A stretch of DNA of 64,000 nt from Takakia lepidozioides (taxonomy: Eukaryota; Plantae; Bryophyta): positions 53,382,001-53,446,000 of the forward strand of contig CM060733.1 in assembly GCA_030704615.1 (NCBI GenBank). The letters are read 5' to 3'. A program made the translations under genes and the position numbers. Position 1 is the first letter of the stretch, and each line of letters opens with the position of its first letter. Below the pieces are notes generated by a model, which saw only the letters and a list, made by a program, of their open reading frames with translations, was not told the origin of the DNA and did not search any database. Below, in pieces: positions 46,790-57,932 of the stretch.

Positions 46790-47950
46790 CTTCAGCAACG
46801 TGGACCTACAAAGGACTCCACATGTGACTGTAGGATGTGGCCAATACAAAGACACTTGTATCGCCATCATACCATGACATCGTGTGTCTGATTTCATTGA
46901 AGGGGAGTAGAACAATCATCAATTTCCTACTAGTTTCACCAAAGAGGTCATGAAGAGAAATGCTCTTGGATCTATCACCCACCCACGGGCAAACAATAGC
47001 ACTTTGCTTGTGAGGTGAGCGATAAGTGCACTATCAAAACTGTCTTTGGAACTCAAACTTTGTGTTTCAAACATATATTGCATCTGATATATATATCTGG
47101 AATTTGTGAATAGGTATCGTTGTTGTTATGGCCCTGAAGACTATAGAAGTCCATTCTCAACTCTTCCAAAGAAAGGTTCGAAGGACGGCGAGTTGATTGG
47201 TTGATTTATCAGTTGGTAGTTGATGTAGTCACACATTATTGGTATCAGGTACAATGCAAAGCATTTGGTTTTGTGCACAACAAACTCCAAGAGGGTATTG
47301 TTTGTAGTGCTGTTATGCATGCAAGAAGCATACCAGATGGCCATGTTATGCTTCATGCAAGATGTTGCGTATGTGGCTTCCGTAAATAACCCACCTTTGG
47401 TCTGGACTGTGCACGCACCCGGAAGTGAATGGGCCCAGTGTGACTGTCCTGTTGCCTCACAGGGATACATTTGCAAACACGTTGTGAAGGTATTCAGGCT
47501 CTTGAGGACGGGTCTATAATTCGTTTGGCAGGCACTCTAAGAGGTACAGAATATAGAGGTTTGAATCTCATTTCAAATCAATGCATGCTCACTTCAATGA
47601 AAAAGAAAAATGAGGAAATTGTTGGAGACGATGTTGTTTATTCGACTGCAGGCTCACAGGCAATACCTTGGAGTATAGGAAAAGTCCTTCAGGTCCTGGT
47701 AATTTCCCAAAACCGTGTGACAAGATGAAGGCCATACATGAAGTTTTTGAACAAATACTACAAGTAGCATGTGAAAATGATGTACTGTAGGACCATATCT
47801 TGTCAGACTTGAAAGCTCTTAGAGGCAAACAACAAGACATGATATAAGCTAGAGGCATTACAAATATAGAACATCCAATAGCACCAGCACTTTTCCCTAA
47901 GGTAGAGGATGGTGACAAGCGACTGAAACATCATAGAGGCATTCTTGAGG
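46790..47950 (+). pseudogene. SWIM zinc-finger MULE transposase remnant
   Basis: IAIIP*HRVSDFIEGE, CCYGPEDY and WAQCDCPVASQGYICKH (SWIM); no DDE core visible. Confidence 0.75.
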
Positions 47951-48312
47951 GGATCGCACCCAAGACCACCAATCGGTAGGAATGGGCTCGTAAGCGCATT
48001 CTCATATAGGCTAGACATATGTCCTTCGTAACGCCAACTTCTGTATTGCGTGCACATAGACGTTGCTCAATAGTGTTGGAGGTATGTTCAGTACACCAAA
48101 ACATGTGTTTTCTGTTCTACTTTGAAATTTGTATTTTCCTTCACATGGTACATGTAGTATCAAGCAAAGTATTCTCAAGTACAAGTTCACTTCTTACATG
48201 TTATTTTTTTATTGGTGTGTGCTCATATTGTATATAGCTACAATATTCATGGTGGTGTGTGCGATTATGTGGAATATTTTATATGTGTTGCTATATTGTG
48301 ATGGTGTAGCCG

Positions 48313-49400
48313 ATAGAGTGATGCTTCTTCTTCCTGCTAAGTATACAGATAACAAAGCCCATGATAATCACATCTACTCGCATGACATAATAGGTTTACT
48401 TGGGGGCAGAACATAAATACCCATTCATAGTGTTGGGAATTCAAAGAGTTAGGCTTTTAATAAAGTACTACAATGTACACATATTGAATTTGTCACGGTC
48501 TCTAGGGCTCTCCTATTGCTCTACCATAGACTTCAGTGCAATATTTGCTAACCTTGTTATTACTCTGCAACATAGTTTGGTGTAGTACTTACTTCTTTGT
48601 TGATGCTCTACAACATTATTTGCCGCAATGCAATAGAGTCATGCTTATTCTTCCTGTCAAGTATATAGATAACAAAAGCCCCTGATAATCACATGCACTT
48701 GCATTGCAAATAGGTTTGCTTGGCAGAACATAAATACACATCTATAGTGCTGGGAATTCAAGGAGTTAGGCTTTTAATAAGTACTACTATGTACACATAT
48801 TGATTTTTTCACGTTCTCTGGGGCTCTCTTATTGCTCTACAATAGACTTCAGTGCAGTACTTGCTCACCTTGTTATTGCTCTGCAACATAGTTTAGTGCA
48901 GTACTTACTTCTTTGTGCATGCTCTACAACATTATTTGCTGCAATGCAATAGAGTCATGCTTCTTCTTCCTGTCAAGTATAAAGATAACAAAGCCCATGA
49001 TAATCACATCTACTGCCATGACATAATAGGTTTACTTGTGGGCACAACACACATTCATAGTGTTGGGAATTCAAATAGTCATGCTTTTAATAAGTACTAC
49101 TATGTACACATATTGATTTTGTCACGTTCTTTAGGGCTCTCCTATTGCTCTACAATAGACTTTAGTCCAATACTTGCTCACCTTGTTATTGCTCTGCAAC
49201 ATAGTCTAGTGCAGTACATAATATTATTTGCTGGAATGCAATAGAGTACTCATGCTTATTCTTCCTGTCAAGTATATAGATAACAAAGCCCGTAATAATC
49301 ACATGCACTTGCATGACATAATAGGTTTGCTTGGGGGCAGAATATAAATACACATTCATACACATTCTTTGTTGATGCTCTACAATATTATTGGCTGCAA
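48313..49400. repeat. Tandem repeat, ~290-320 bp unit, about 3.5 copies
   Basis: ATAGAGT.ATGCTT.TTCTTCCTG.. starts at 48313, 48633, ~48949 and 49241. Confidence 0.9.
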
Positions 49401-51886
49401 TGCTTATAGAAATTTCTATAGAGCCATACAACATTAGAAAGAGCATGTAATACATGTATTGTGTCATTGTTATATACCGTCTTACATAGAACATTCATGA
49501 TAAAAGAGAGATTTCATTGAATTCAACACATGTACATGCACGCAATGTAGATTGAATGTTGCATTGGTGGCACCTGGGATGTAATCAGTAGTGAACTGAG
49601 CATTCTTGTGTATTTTAGGTATCATAGCATAGTAAGGACATTCACCCGAGCTGTGTGTGTGTGTGTGTGTGTGGTATGGCGCTGCATTTGGGAAATTGAG
49701 AAGTAAGAGAGAAGTGACTGGCCGCTTGGCCCGCTTGGCAAGATGCTGCTGACTCTAATCCAACAATAGAAGTGCAGGTTTTGGACTATGAAAGATACAG
49801 CCATGCCTAAGCTTGTTACAGGAGCTGCTGCTATAAACCAAGATTGTGGTACTTGCGTGTTACCTTGCTTGTTTGCCACTAGAGTGTGACCTAAGCAGGA
49901 TTGCGATAGAGACCGCTGTTACGAAGGAGGACAACCCTACCAAACAGCATGTGTAGTCAAGCATGAATAATTTCAAATGAAAGTTGGGTAAGTTGTAAAG
50001 ACAGAGAACAGCAGTTACATGAGGACGTAGGCATGGATTTCAGTGTGCATAGATAGATTCTAAAGATCATAAACAATGTTGTGACTGTCAAAGTTCAATG
50101 AGAGGTTTGAGCTCCCATGCATTTGCCTTCTCATCGAGCATATTGAACAAGACATTTTCTAAACTAGGGTATGAGCGTAACATTGTTTGACTTGTTGACA
50201 GCTTCAACACAAGCTTTGTTGAAGGTTGACACATGGTGCATCTCATTGGAACTGTTTACAGAGGCAGGTTGGGAATGCCACGGAACTATGTGAAATCATC
50301 ATTAGTTTCAACCTGGTTATGTGGCTTTCGAAGGTGTTTCTACTACACAAGCATTCTTATTTTGTTGCGAGGCACTCTTAGCCTGACGGCCTTGCCTGAT
50401 GTTCAATAATGCTGTTCTACTCAGTAAGATGCCTCGTGGATGCAAAATTACTTGTACTCTCCAGCCTTCTATTCGCAAGCCCTTGTAAAACATTCAGTGA
50501 TGCATTGAGAACGACATGATGACAGAACATAGGATACAGATAGTAGATACATGTTCGCATAGCTGGTCCATATCAGTTGGAGTCTGAATAATGTGGCATG
50601 ATATACCCTTGGTAAATAGGGTATCCAGAAACACTCCCTCCACGCACGCTACCTTCAAGCTCCTCTCCCTCTGTTACAACTCTTAACTGTCTCTCACTCT
50701 CAATCTCGATAGCCACTCTCACTCTCGATAGCTGGAGTGCAGGACGTGTCTCTCTCTCTCGATCGATGGCTGCCCACCACGCCACATTTCTCTCTCTTTC
50801 GCGGGCCCTTCCAGGATGAACAACATGCATTTGTCACATTCCTATGCGCCATGTACCATGCATGTCACTTCACCTGCTCCCATCACATCTACTTTTATGT
50901 TCTGTGCAGTACAACGATTTTGTAGTACATCAAATCCATGCCCTGCTCGAGCCCTCCATCGCTGTTAACCGCGCGCACCGACGGCCGACTGCGACAAACT
51001 TCACCCGTTGTTCTATGGGGTCATGGCCTCGGACAGCAGAGAAGGCACGCACGCCAGGCAGCCAGCGGACAGAGCTCGTAGGGGTACATATAACGTCCTA
51101 TTGCACCCGCCTGGTCTAATGATTTTTGGACCTGAGGTGGGGGATATGTAGAATTTCAATTACTTTTGGTCGCTGGAAATTCGCGAAAAATAGCAAAGTG
51201 GGCTTTCTTGGAACAATGATTGGCCCGAGACTTATGGAATTATAAACAATTTTGGTCGCTGAAAATTCAACTAAATTACAAACTCAAGTGTTGGAAAGAC
51301 ACAGGAGGTTGCACTTTGGCTTCGATAGAGGCCACGATTTTGGTATTGTTGGAAAGCCCTCGATGGGGAGAGGTGCACCGACTTGGTCTCATAATTTTTG
51401 GACCTGCGTTGTGGGAGATATGGAATTTCAATTACTTTTGGTCGCTGGGAATTCGTGTACTTGGAACAATGACGTTATTTCCCAAATTTACAGGGTCTCT
51501 GGATACATAGGGGATTGCACTTGGACCTAGATGACACTGGACACTTGGGCCAACGGCATAGGCTACCCTAGTATGATGTTATAAAATGGAAAACAACTTG
51601 ATGGCGTTTGTTCCTTGTGCTCTCTTCTTGCTCTGATGCTCTTCTTGTTCTGCTTTTGTGCAACAATCAAGCCCATAGTGTAGGGCTCTTGAGAGCCATG
51701 GCATTTGAAAGGGTTGTGTTTGCTATGTTGACGTGTTAACTCGGGATTCTCAGTAGGACCAATGAAGTCAGCACATTCAAGCGTTCCCAGGTATAGTTTA
51801 TTCATATGGATTGAATGATGATTCACAATCGTCTGAATTTTTGACATGCTCTTTATTAGTACTGCGTTGTTCTGTCCACACTATTA

Positions 51887-52671
51887 TCCTAGTCTGTCAT
51901 TAATCACTGAATAGAGCTTGGAGCTTGGAGCTTAGAGCTTGGCCTTTCATTTGTTTTTTTGTTTTTTTGTTTTTGGTAAAAGGGATAATGGCCGATTACT
52001 TTATTAAAAGTGGGGAAAAATAAATCATTTGTCTTTTGTGCACATGGACATAAATATAAATTGGGTTTTCAAAAATATTGGCGTTCATAATATTATTCAC
52101 AAATATTGTTTGTAGTTTGTAGTGTAGTTGAGATCTCCTAAACCGCGGGGCCCCTAACTAGCCACGATTTTAGTACCGGTGGAAAGCCCTCGATGAGTAG
52201 GGGTGCACCAACTTAAGTTTCACAAAATTTGGACCTATGGGCCCGACTTATGGAACTATAAACAATTTTGGTCACTAAAAAATTTAACTAAATTATAAAA
52301 TCAAGTGTTGGAAGGACATTAGAGGTTGCACTTGGGCTTAGATAGAGGCCACGATTTTGGTACTCTTGGAACACCCTCGATGAGTAGGGTTTGGTACTGT
52401 TGGAAACTTCTCGATGAGTAGGGGTGCATCGACTTGGTTTCACAAAATTTGGACCTAAAGGCCGAGAATTATAAAAATATGAACAATATGTTGGAATGTC
52501 GCTGGAGGTCACACTTGGGCCTTTACATGGGAATGCACTTGGGATACATAGGAGATAGTACTTGGGCGTAGATGGGCCTTAACATAGGAGACGCACTTGC
52601 ATACATAGGAAATTGCACTTGTCTTAGATTTCAATTCTTCACACATGCGCCAAGGGCACAGTCTACCCTAG
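51887..52671 (+). mobile_element. Second copy of the Helitron-like repeat
   Basis: GGAAAGCCCTCGATGAGTAGGGGTGCACC units (~52180, ~52400) and the same 3' end GCC.A.GGCA.AG.CTACCCTAG|T; 5' boundary tentative. Confidence 0.55.
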
Positions 52672-52853
52672 TTTCAGTGATAGATAAAGGTCATTTGTCT
52701 AACTAGTTATGGTAACTCATCCTCTAGGATTCCAACTCAAAAGTTCGATCACTCCCTCCTCACCTTCCCAACTGGAAATAGGTCTTTTAGCTTTACTTCC
52801 TCACAAATTCCCCGAAAGTCATTAACTAGTCTTCGCTACATTGCAAGCTACGT

Positions 52854-53745
52854 TCAAATCGCCTCATTGTCACGAGATTCAATCACAGACTGTACACTGC
52901 CTTTTGCCACAGCCACAGTCCGAGTTTCAGGCTCCTGTGTCTGGATCTTGGGGACTGTGACAGTCAGCACACCATTGTCAACTTTGGCTTTCACTGCATC
53001 TACATTCGCATTGTCAGGCAGGCGGAAGCGTCTCAAAAATCTGCTGTGGCTGCGCTCTACACGGTGCCATGTGTCATTCTGATTAACCTCCTCCTTGTTG
53101 CGCTCACCACTTATCTGCAGGGTGCGGCCATCCTCCAACTCAACTTTCACGTCTTCTTTCGTCAAGCCTGTGATTTGAGGAGTCGTTGTAAGATCAGAAT
53201 TAGCCACAATTTTTCGATGTCCAGCATCTCAAATCTCACATGTATCACATACTGCAATAAAAATCAAAGAGCTACAACCTTGATAATACTAATCTAAGGC
53301 TGCATCTGATGTACGCGGGCATACTGCAGGAGAAAATCTTGATATGTATATCGTACAGCTTCACAATCTGAAACAAGCATAGCTTCACTACATCTCAATA
53401 ATTCCAGCAACCGCTTTTCAGTCCCATGCCATGTCAAAACCAGACTACTTCCGAATGAACAAATAGCAATTACAGAACTTTACTATCAGTATTATTGAAT
53501 TTCCTGTTAACGAAGACACTATCAGCAAGGCAAGACACTGTAAAGACTTCAGTGGCCTTACCAGGCAGGTCGGCTGTAAGTATGTGAGACTCCGGAGTCT
53601 CAACCCAGTCCACCCGTGTGCCGGCAATGGCCTGCGCATCCTGTGCAAAAGAAAGAGCCGGCGACCGATTAAAGAGAGACATACCCTGAAATGGATCCCA
53701 CGAATCCCAGTTGCTATGGGAGCGACCAAAGGGTAACATGGCCAT
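52854..53745 (-). CDS. Cytosolic class I-like small heat shock protein (HSP20 family), exons 53745-53562 and 53167-52854
   Basis: WDPF, RVDWVETPESH...DLPG|LTKEDVKVE...ISGER...WHRVERS...FLRRFRLP...[10 protein letters not shown]; GT-AG intron in phase 1. Confidence 0.93.
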
Positions 53746-54311
53746 CGTCAACAACAGATGGACGAGAAGAAACTGGACCTAACTTCTCGCTATGGTAATG
53801 CTCAATTCCGCTGAGGAGACACTAGTAAATATTGTAGCACTCGATCGGCAATAGCTCACCAAGACACTTGCTCTTATACTCAGATCTCAGCACTTGTACC
53901 AGCTCGGTGCATCCCGACATTTCTCGATCACTCTAAAGCTTCCGATCTTGGAGCAATTGCATTGCACCACACCCCATCTTCTCTCTCTCCAGAAGGGCTC
54001 CAGAACCTTCGCGCAGGACTACTGCGAACTGGGAACTGGGAGCGCGATCTCAAAGAAGGAGAAGAATGGGGAAACTAAAGTCTCCAAGAAGTGGAACACG
54101 TTCCCAATGGGTATGGATGAATGGACGATGTTAACATGTAACGGTAGAAGAGAAGGGGAAAGGGCAGAGGGAAGGTCCCAGTGTTGTCTAGAAGCTTACA
54201 GTTTTGAGATTCTTGGGTCTCTTTGAGATTTCAAAGGGATAAGCTGGTCGCGGAGTTGGGGTTCTGTTCAGGCGATCGGTGATCTTGCACTGCGCTTGTC
54301 ACTGATCAATC
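53746..54311. promoter_or_regulatory. Bidirectional heat-shock promoter with HSE-like arrays
   Basis: nGAAn/nTTCn-like arrays TCCAGAAGGGCTCCAGAACCTTC (~53988-54010) and TCTAGAAGCTT (~54187-54197) between the two divergent sHSP starts. Confidence 0.7.
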
Positions 54312-55096
54312 ATGGCATTGACGCCATTCCTGGGTAAATCTGGAAGTTTGTGGGATCCATTCTCGTGGGATCCGTTTGATAATTTGGCTGCGCTGTGGGA
54401 TCAGGAACCGGGGAAGTCGTTTGCGCAGGATGTCCGTGCTGTTGCCTGCACTCGTGTAGACTGGAAAGAGACTGACGATGCCCATGTCTTCAAAGCAGAT
54501 CTGCCTGGTAAGTTGCTCAACTGGAAAGGACCTTAAAGTTTGTGAATGGTTCTTGTCTAGCAGTATTTTCGCTATTTCTTCTGTCTGTGTTTGAGTCTTG
54601 AGGGCCGTAATGCTAACTGCCTGGTAAGCATGACGAATTTTTGTCTTCTAAGTGGGATTCTCAATGTACGAGAGGAAGGATTCTGCAATATTGTGAACAC
54701 TGTTCTTTTCCCTGCATCAAGGTGATGGGGCACCTTGTTATGTACGAGGGAAATGCATTTTGATAATACTACATTCAAGCAAGATACTCTGGTTTTACCA
54801 TTCAGATTGTTGCTTGTGTTGCTGCAGGCCTGACAAAAGAGGAAGTGAAAGTGTCGGTGGAAGATGACTACAGCCTACTGATAGCAGGTGAGCGTATGAA
54901 GGAGGAGATTAACAAAACGGACAAGTGGCACCGTGTGGAACGCGCCCAGAGCAGGTTCTTGAGGCGCTTCCGCCTTCCTGATGATGCCAATGTGGATGGA
55001 ATACAGGCCAAAGTATCACATGGTGTGCTCACCGTCACCGTTCCAAAGAGCGACAAGAAGAAGCCATCCTCATCACGCGCCATTGATGTTAAGTGA
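54312..55096 (+). CDS. Cytosolic class I-like small heat shock protein (HSP20 family), exons 54312-54507 and 54828-55096
   Basis: WDPF repeats, [19 protein letters not shown]|LTKEEVKV...WHRVER...FLRRFRLP...[10 protein letters not shown]-terminal IDV motif. Confidence 0.95.
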
Positions 55097-56522
55097 ATTG
55101 GGAGAATTGAAAGATCACAACAACATACGAGTCAGAGTAACGGACAGACAAAGAAAATTCTCACATTCTTTCCTACATTTTGATACAAAATCCATCACAA
55201 ACTCTGAAACAGACAGAAGTGCCACAGTTCATGAGTAAAGTGCAATACAAATACAAGTGAACCTCTTTCAATCCACAACTGCAAGTATTCAATCTCAAAC
55301 ACATGTGACTAAGGGATCTTATGCCAACCACTGGGAGAATTTAGTAACACTGAACAAAAAGCAGGACCCATAAGCCATTCTTCCATTTTCTGTGAATTGA
55401 CATGTTGGATACCCGTGGTTGAGCTGCAATTGTTTTAAGGCAGGAGCACCAGCCATGGTCTAATTTGCTTTCTCCCTCATTCATTATCATTCAAGAGCTC
55501 CTGTCATGAGTTCAACAGGATTGGACCAATTTGAATTGCAAGAGTTACATATTTGCTCAGTTGATATCAAAGCTTGCATGGCGGACCATGCAAGTGAGTT
55601 GTCTGTTTCCCTTCCAACGTGGAGCTACTCGAGAATCTGATATCATGATAACCTTAAAAACCATTGCGCAGATAGTGAATCTGTTGTTATTTCTGCAGCT
55701 GCAACCCTTGGACTGGCTTTCAGAATCATTTTATGCAAGACATGCCGTGATTGACTTTTGAGACAGCACTTACGCACTTACGGAAACAAGCTTGATATTT
55801 GCGGATAATACAGAAGCATCACAGTAATGTTCTGAGCAACTTGGTGAATATGCAAGTGTGTAACCAGGGCATTGCAGCCCAGAGGCATAGCTCAAATCCA
55901 ATCCTCCTTTCTCCCCATCCTCCCTCCAGTCTCCAAAGAATTTAGACCAAACTATTTGCTGGCTGAATTCAGACATCTGAGGTCCTACAGCATAAAAGAT
56001 TATATCACACTATCTCTCTGCTAACATTACTTATCAAGAATAACAAATCCTCCAGTGTTGAGATGTCATCGCCTGTGGTGAGAGAAACAGGGCTCCAATA
56101 CGCTGCATGACATGCTAAAAGAATTCTTGGCTCATAAGCCCCCTAATAGGAAATGAGATTATTTCTCATGCTCCCAAGATGCCCGTTCAGTCATGAGCTA
56201 AATGAACCTATGTACTGAAGTCAGCAACCAGGTAACTTTGTAAGCAGATTCCGAGGGGATTGCAATCAGCCTTGTGAGAGGCAAATGCCATAGGCAAAGC
56301 TAAGTCACAGAACTGCATGAAGTCCTTTAATGAATCCGGTACTTGAACAAACTTCCGATATGTGCTTCCAGTCTGAAAAATTTGTGAGAGAGTTGTGACC
56401 TAAGAATGTGAGAGAGAAAGAAAAAGAGAGTAAAGACGTTGTTTGCCGTAGCCTTGTGGCCATAGACCCCAAAAGAAAAGAAAGAGAGAGAGAGACGGAA
56501 TGAAGAAAATTGATGGGCAGGA

Positions 56523-57143
56523 CTAATTCCTTAATGCTTGAGCAATAAGAGAGGAAGTGAGCTGCTTTGATAGGCCCATTACACTATCGAGACTCCCCAC
56601 CATGGCTTCCACAAGTGGAGAAACAAGGGGATGCTCCACCAGCAGACCACCCGCAGCATAATACACGGACCCTTCTTCAATAAGTGCATCAATCACCTTG
56701 TCAGGTATGGAATGAAAGTACACCTCAGTTCGATCGACTCCACTCGCTCTAATGCCTGTGGAGAGATTGGTCACCAGTATTGAACCAACCGTGCTTGCTG
56801 GCGACCTCGAATAGCCCTCGATGAATCTGCGAGCCTCAGCAGCATTACGGGGTTTTTCCAAAATCACACCTTCGTGGACCACTACTTGATCTGCAGTAAT
56901 AAGAACAACTGGCTCCAATCCCAGCTCTGTGTATTTGCTTTTAGTAATCGCAAGTTTTGCCAAGATAGCCTGCGCTTTGGCCTCGGCCAGCGCCATCACC
57001 AGATCCTCCGGATTCTCCCTCCGAATTGCACTCTCGTCGATGTCAGCTGTGACGATTTCGAAGTCATGGCCCATCTCCCTCAGGATCGACTGCCTTGTCT
57101 GTGATGACGAACCCAGAATTATCTTGGCTCCCAGTGGAGACAT
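56523..57143 (-). CDS. Maf-like nucleoside-triphosphate pyrophosphatase (206 aa, intronless)
   Basis: KIILGSSSQTR..IL, DIDE..IR, LAEAKA, LITADQVV....ILEKP, AGGLLVEHP, SVMGL motifs. Confidence 0.93.
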   Translation of the reverse strand: MSPLGAKIILGSSSQTRQSILREMGHDFEIVTADIDESAIRRENPEDLVMALAEAKAQAILAKLAITKSKYTELGLEPVVLITADQVVVHEGVILEKPRNAAEARRFIEGYSRSPASTVGSILVTNLSTGIRASGVDRTEVYFHSIPDKVIDALIEEGSVYYAAGGLLVEHPLVSPLVEAMVGSLDSVMGLSKQLTSSLIAQALRN

Positions 57144-57932
57144 GGATACTCTGAGGTGCCCAACACTGAGCAGCCTTCATGTGCCCGGAGATTAGAGTGT
57201 TGTATACAACGCTTTATAGTTCTGCAGAAGGAATATGCATCTCTCTCCTCTCTGCATCAAAGCACTGATCATTTTAGAGACCTAAACTACTTCTCATCTA
57301 ACCCTAATCTTACTGTGGAAAAAGACACGTGTTTATGTGGAGCAGTGCCCCTGTGTCAATTTTTTGAAGAACACAATCGTTTCCAAGACTCGAGCGAGGA
57401 ACATGCTCCTAGATTTCCTGCAGAGAGTGACTCCACAGGATCCTGAAGCTGGGTTCTGCGAGGAATTTTTTTCTAGAAGAGAAGAAATTTACGCTGCTCA
57501 CAATTGGAGTGACGACCCATTTGATTCAGGTCAGTGAGAAATATCGTTTTGGGCACAAGGTCTTCGTGGTGGTGCCCTCTTAAATCTAGTTCAATTTGTA
57601 GCTAGGGTATCTGCCACCTGTGCTGGTGGAACATAGAATTGATCTGGAGTTCTTAGACTTCGTTTGATTTAACGTCAGTCAGGCTAACTTTTGGACGTGG
57701 TTGTAATTGTACTCGTGTGATTTTTTCCCCCATTGCACTGAGCTAGTCATGAAGGGGACCTGCATGCTAGTTGTCGGTGCGAGTTTTGAGAGGAAGAAGG
57801 GGTGAAGTTTGTGTGTCAGAATTTGGGTGATGTTTGAGTAGAGGCCCCTTGTGTGCGATCGCAGCAATCTAGGGCTCAGGAACTTGCACAAACAACCTTC
57901 AAACTGGAAGTTGAAGACAAGAGGAGGGAAGT

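Larger units (their letters stand above)
46191..51101 (+). mobile_element. Mutator-like element (MULE), internally deleted
   Basis: TIRs share GACGTTATATGTACCCCTACGAGCTCTG (46195-46222 vs 51070-51097) with weaker similarity to ~120 bp; 9-bp TSD TGCACCCAC (46182-46190) / TGCACCCGC (51102-51110). Confidence 0.88.
45888..51571 (+). mobile_element. Non-autonomous Helitron-like repeat split by the MULE insertion
   Basis: 3' end GCCAACGGCATAGGCTACCCTAG|T (hairpin + CTAG); internal TTGGAAAGCCCTC.ATG.G.AGGGGTGCACC motif reconstituted across the MULE; 5' TC start is tentative. Confidence 0.55.

Noticed and set aside
49900-50900. Second MULE gene or Pack-MULE captured fragment
   Set aside because: No intact frame or recognisable motif; cannot be supported without a database search.
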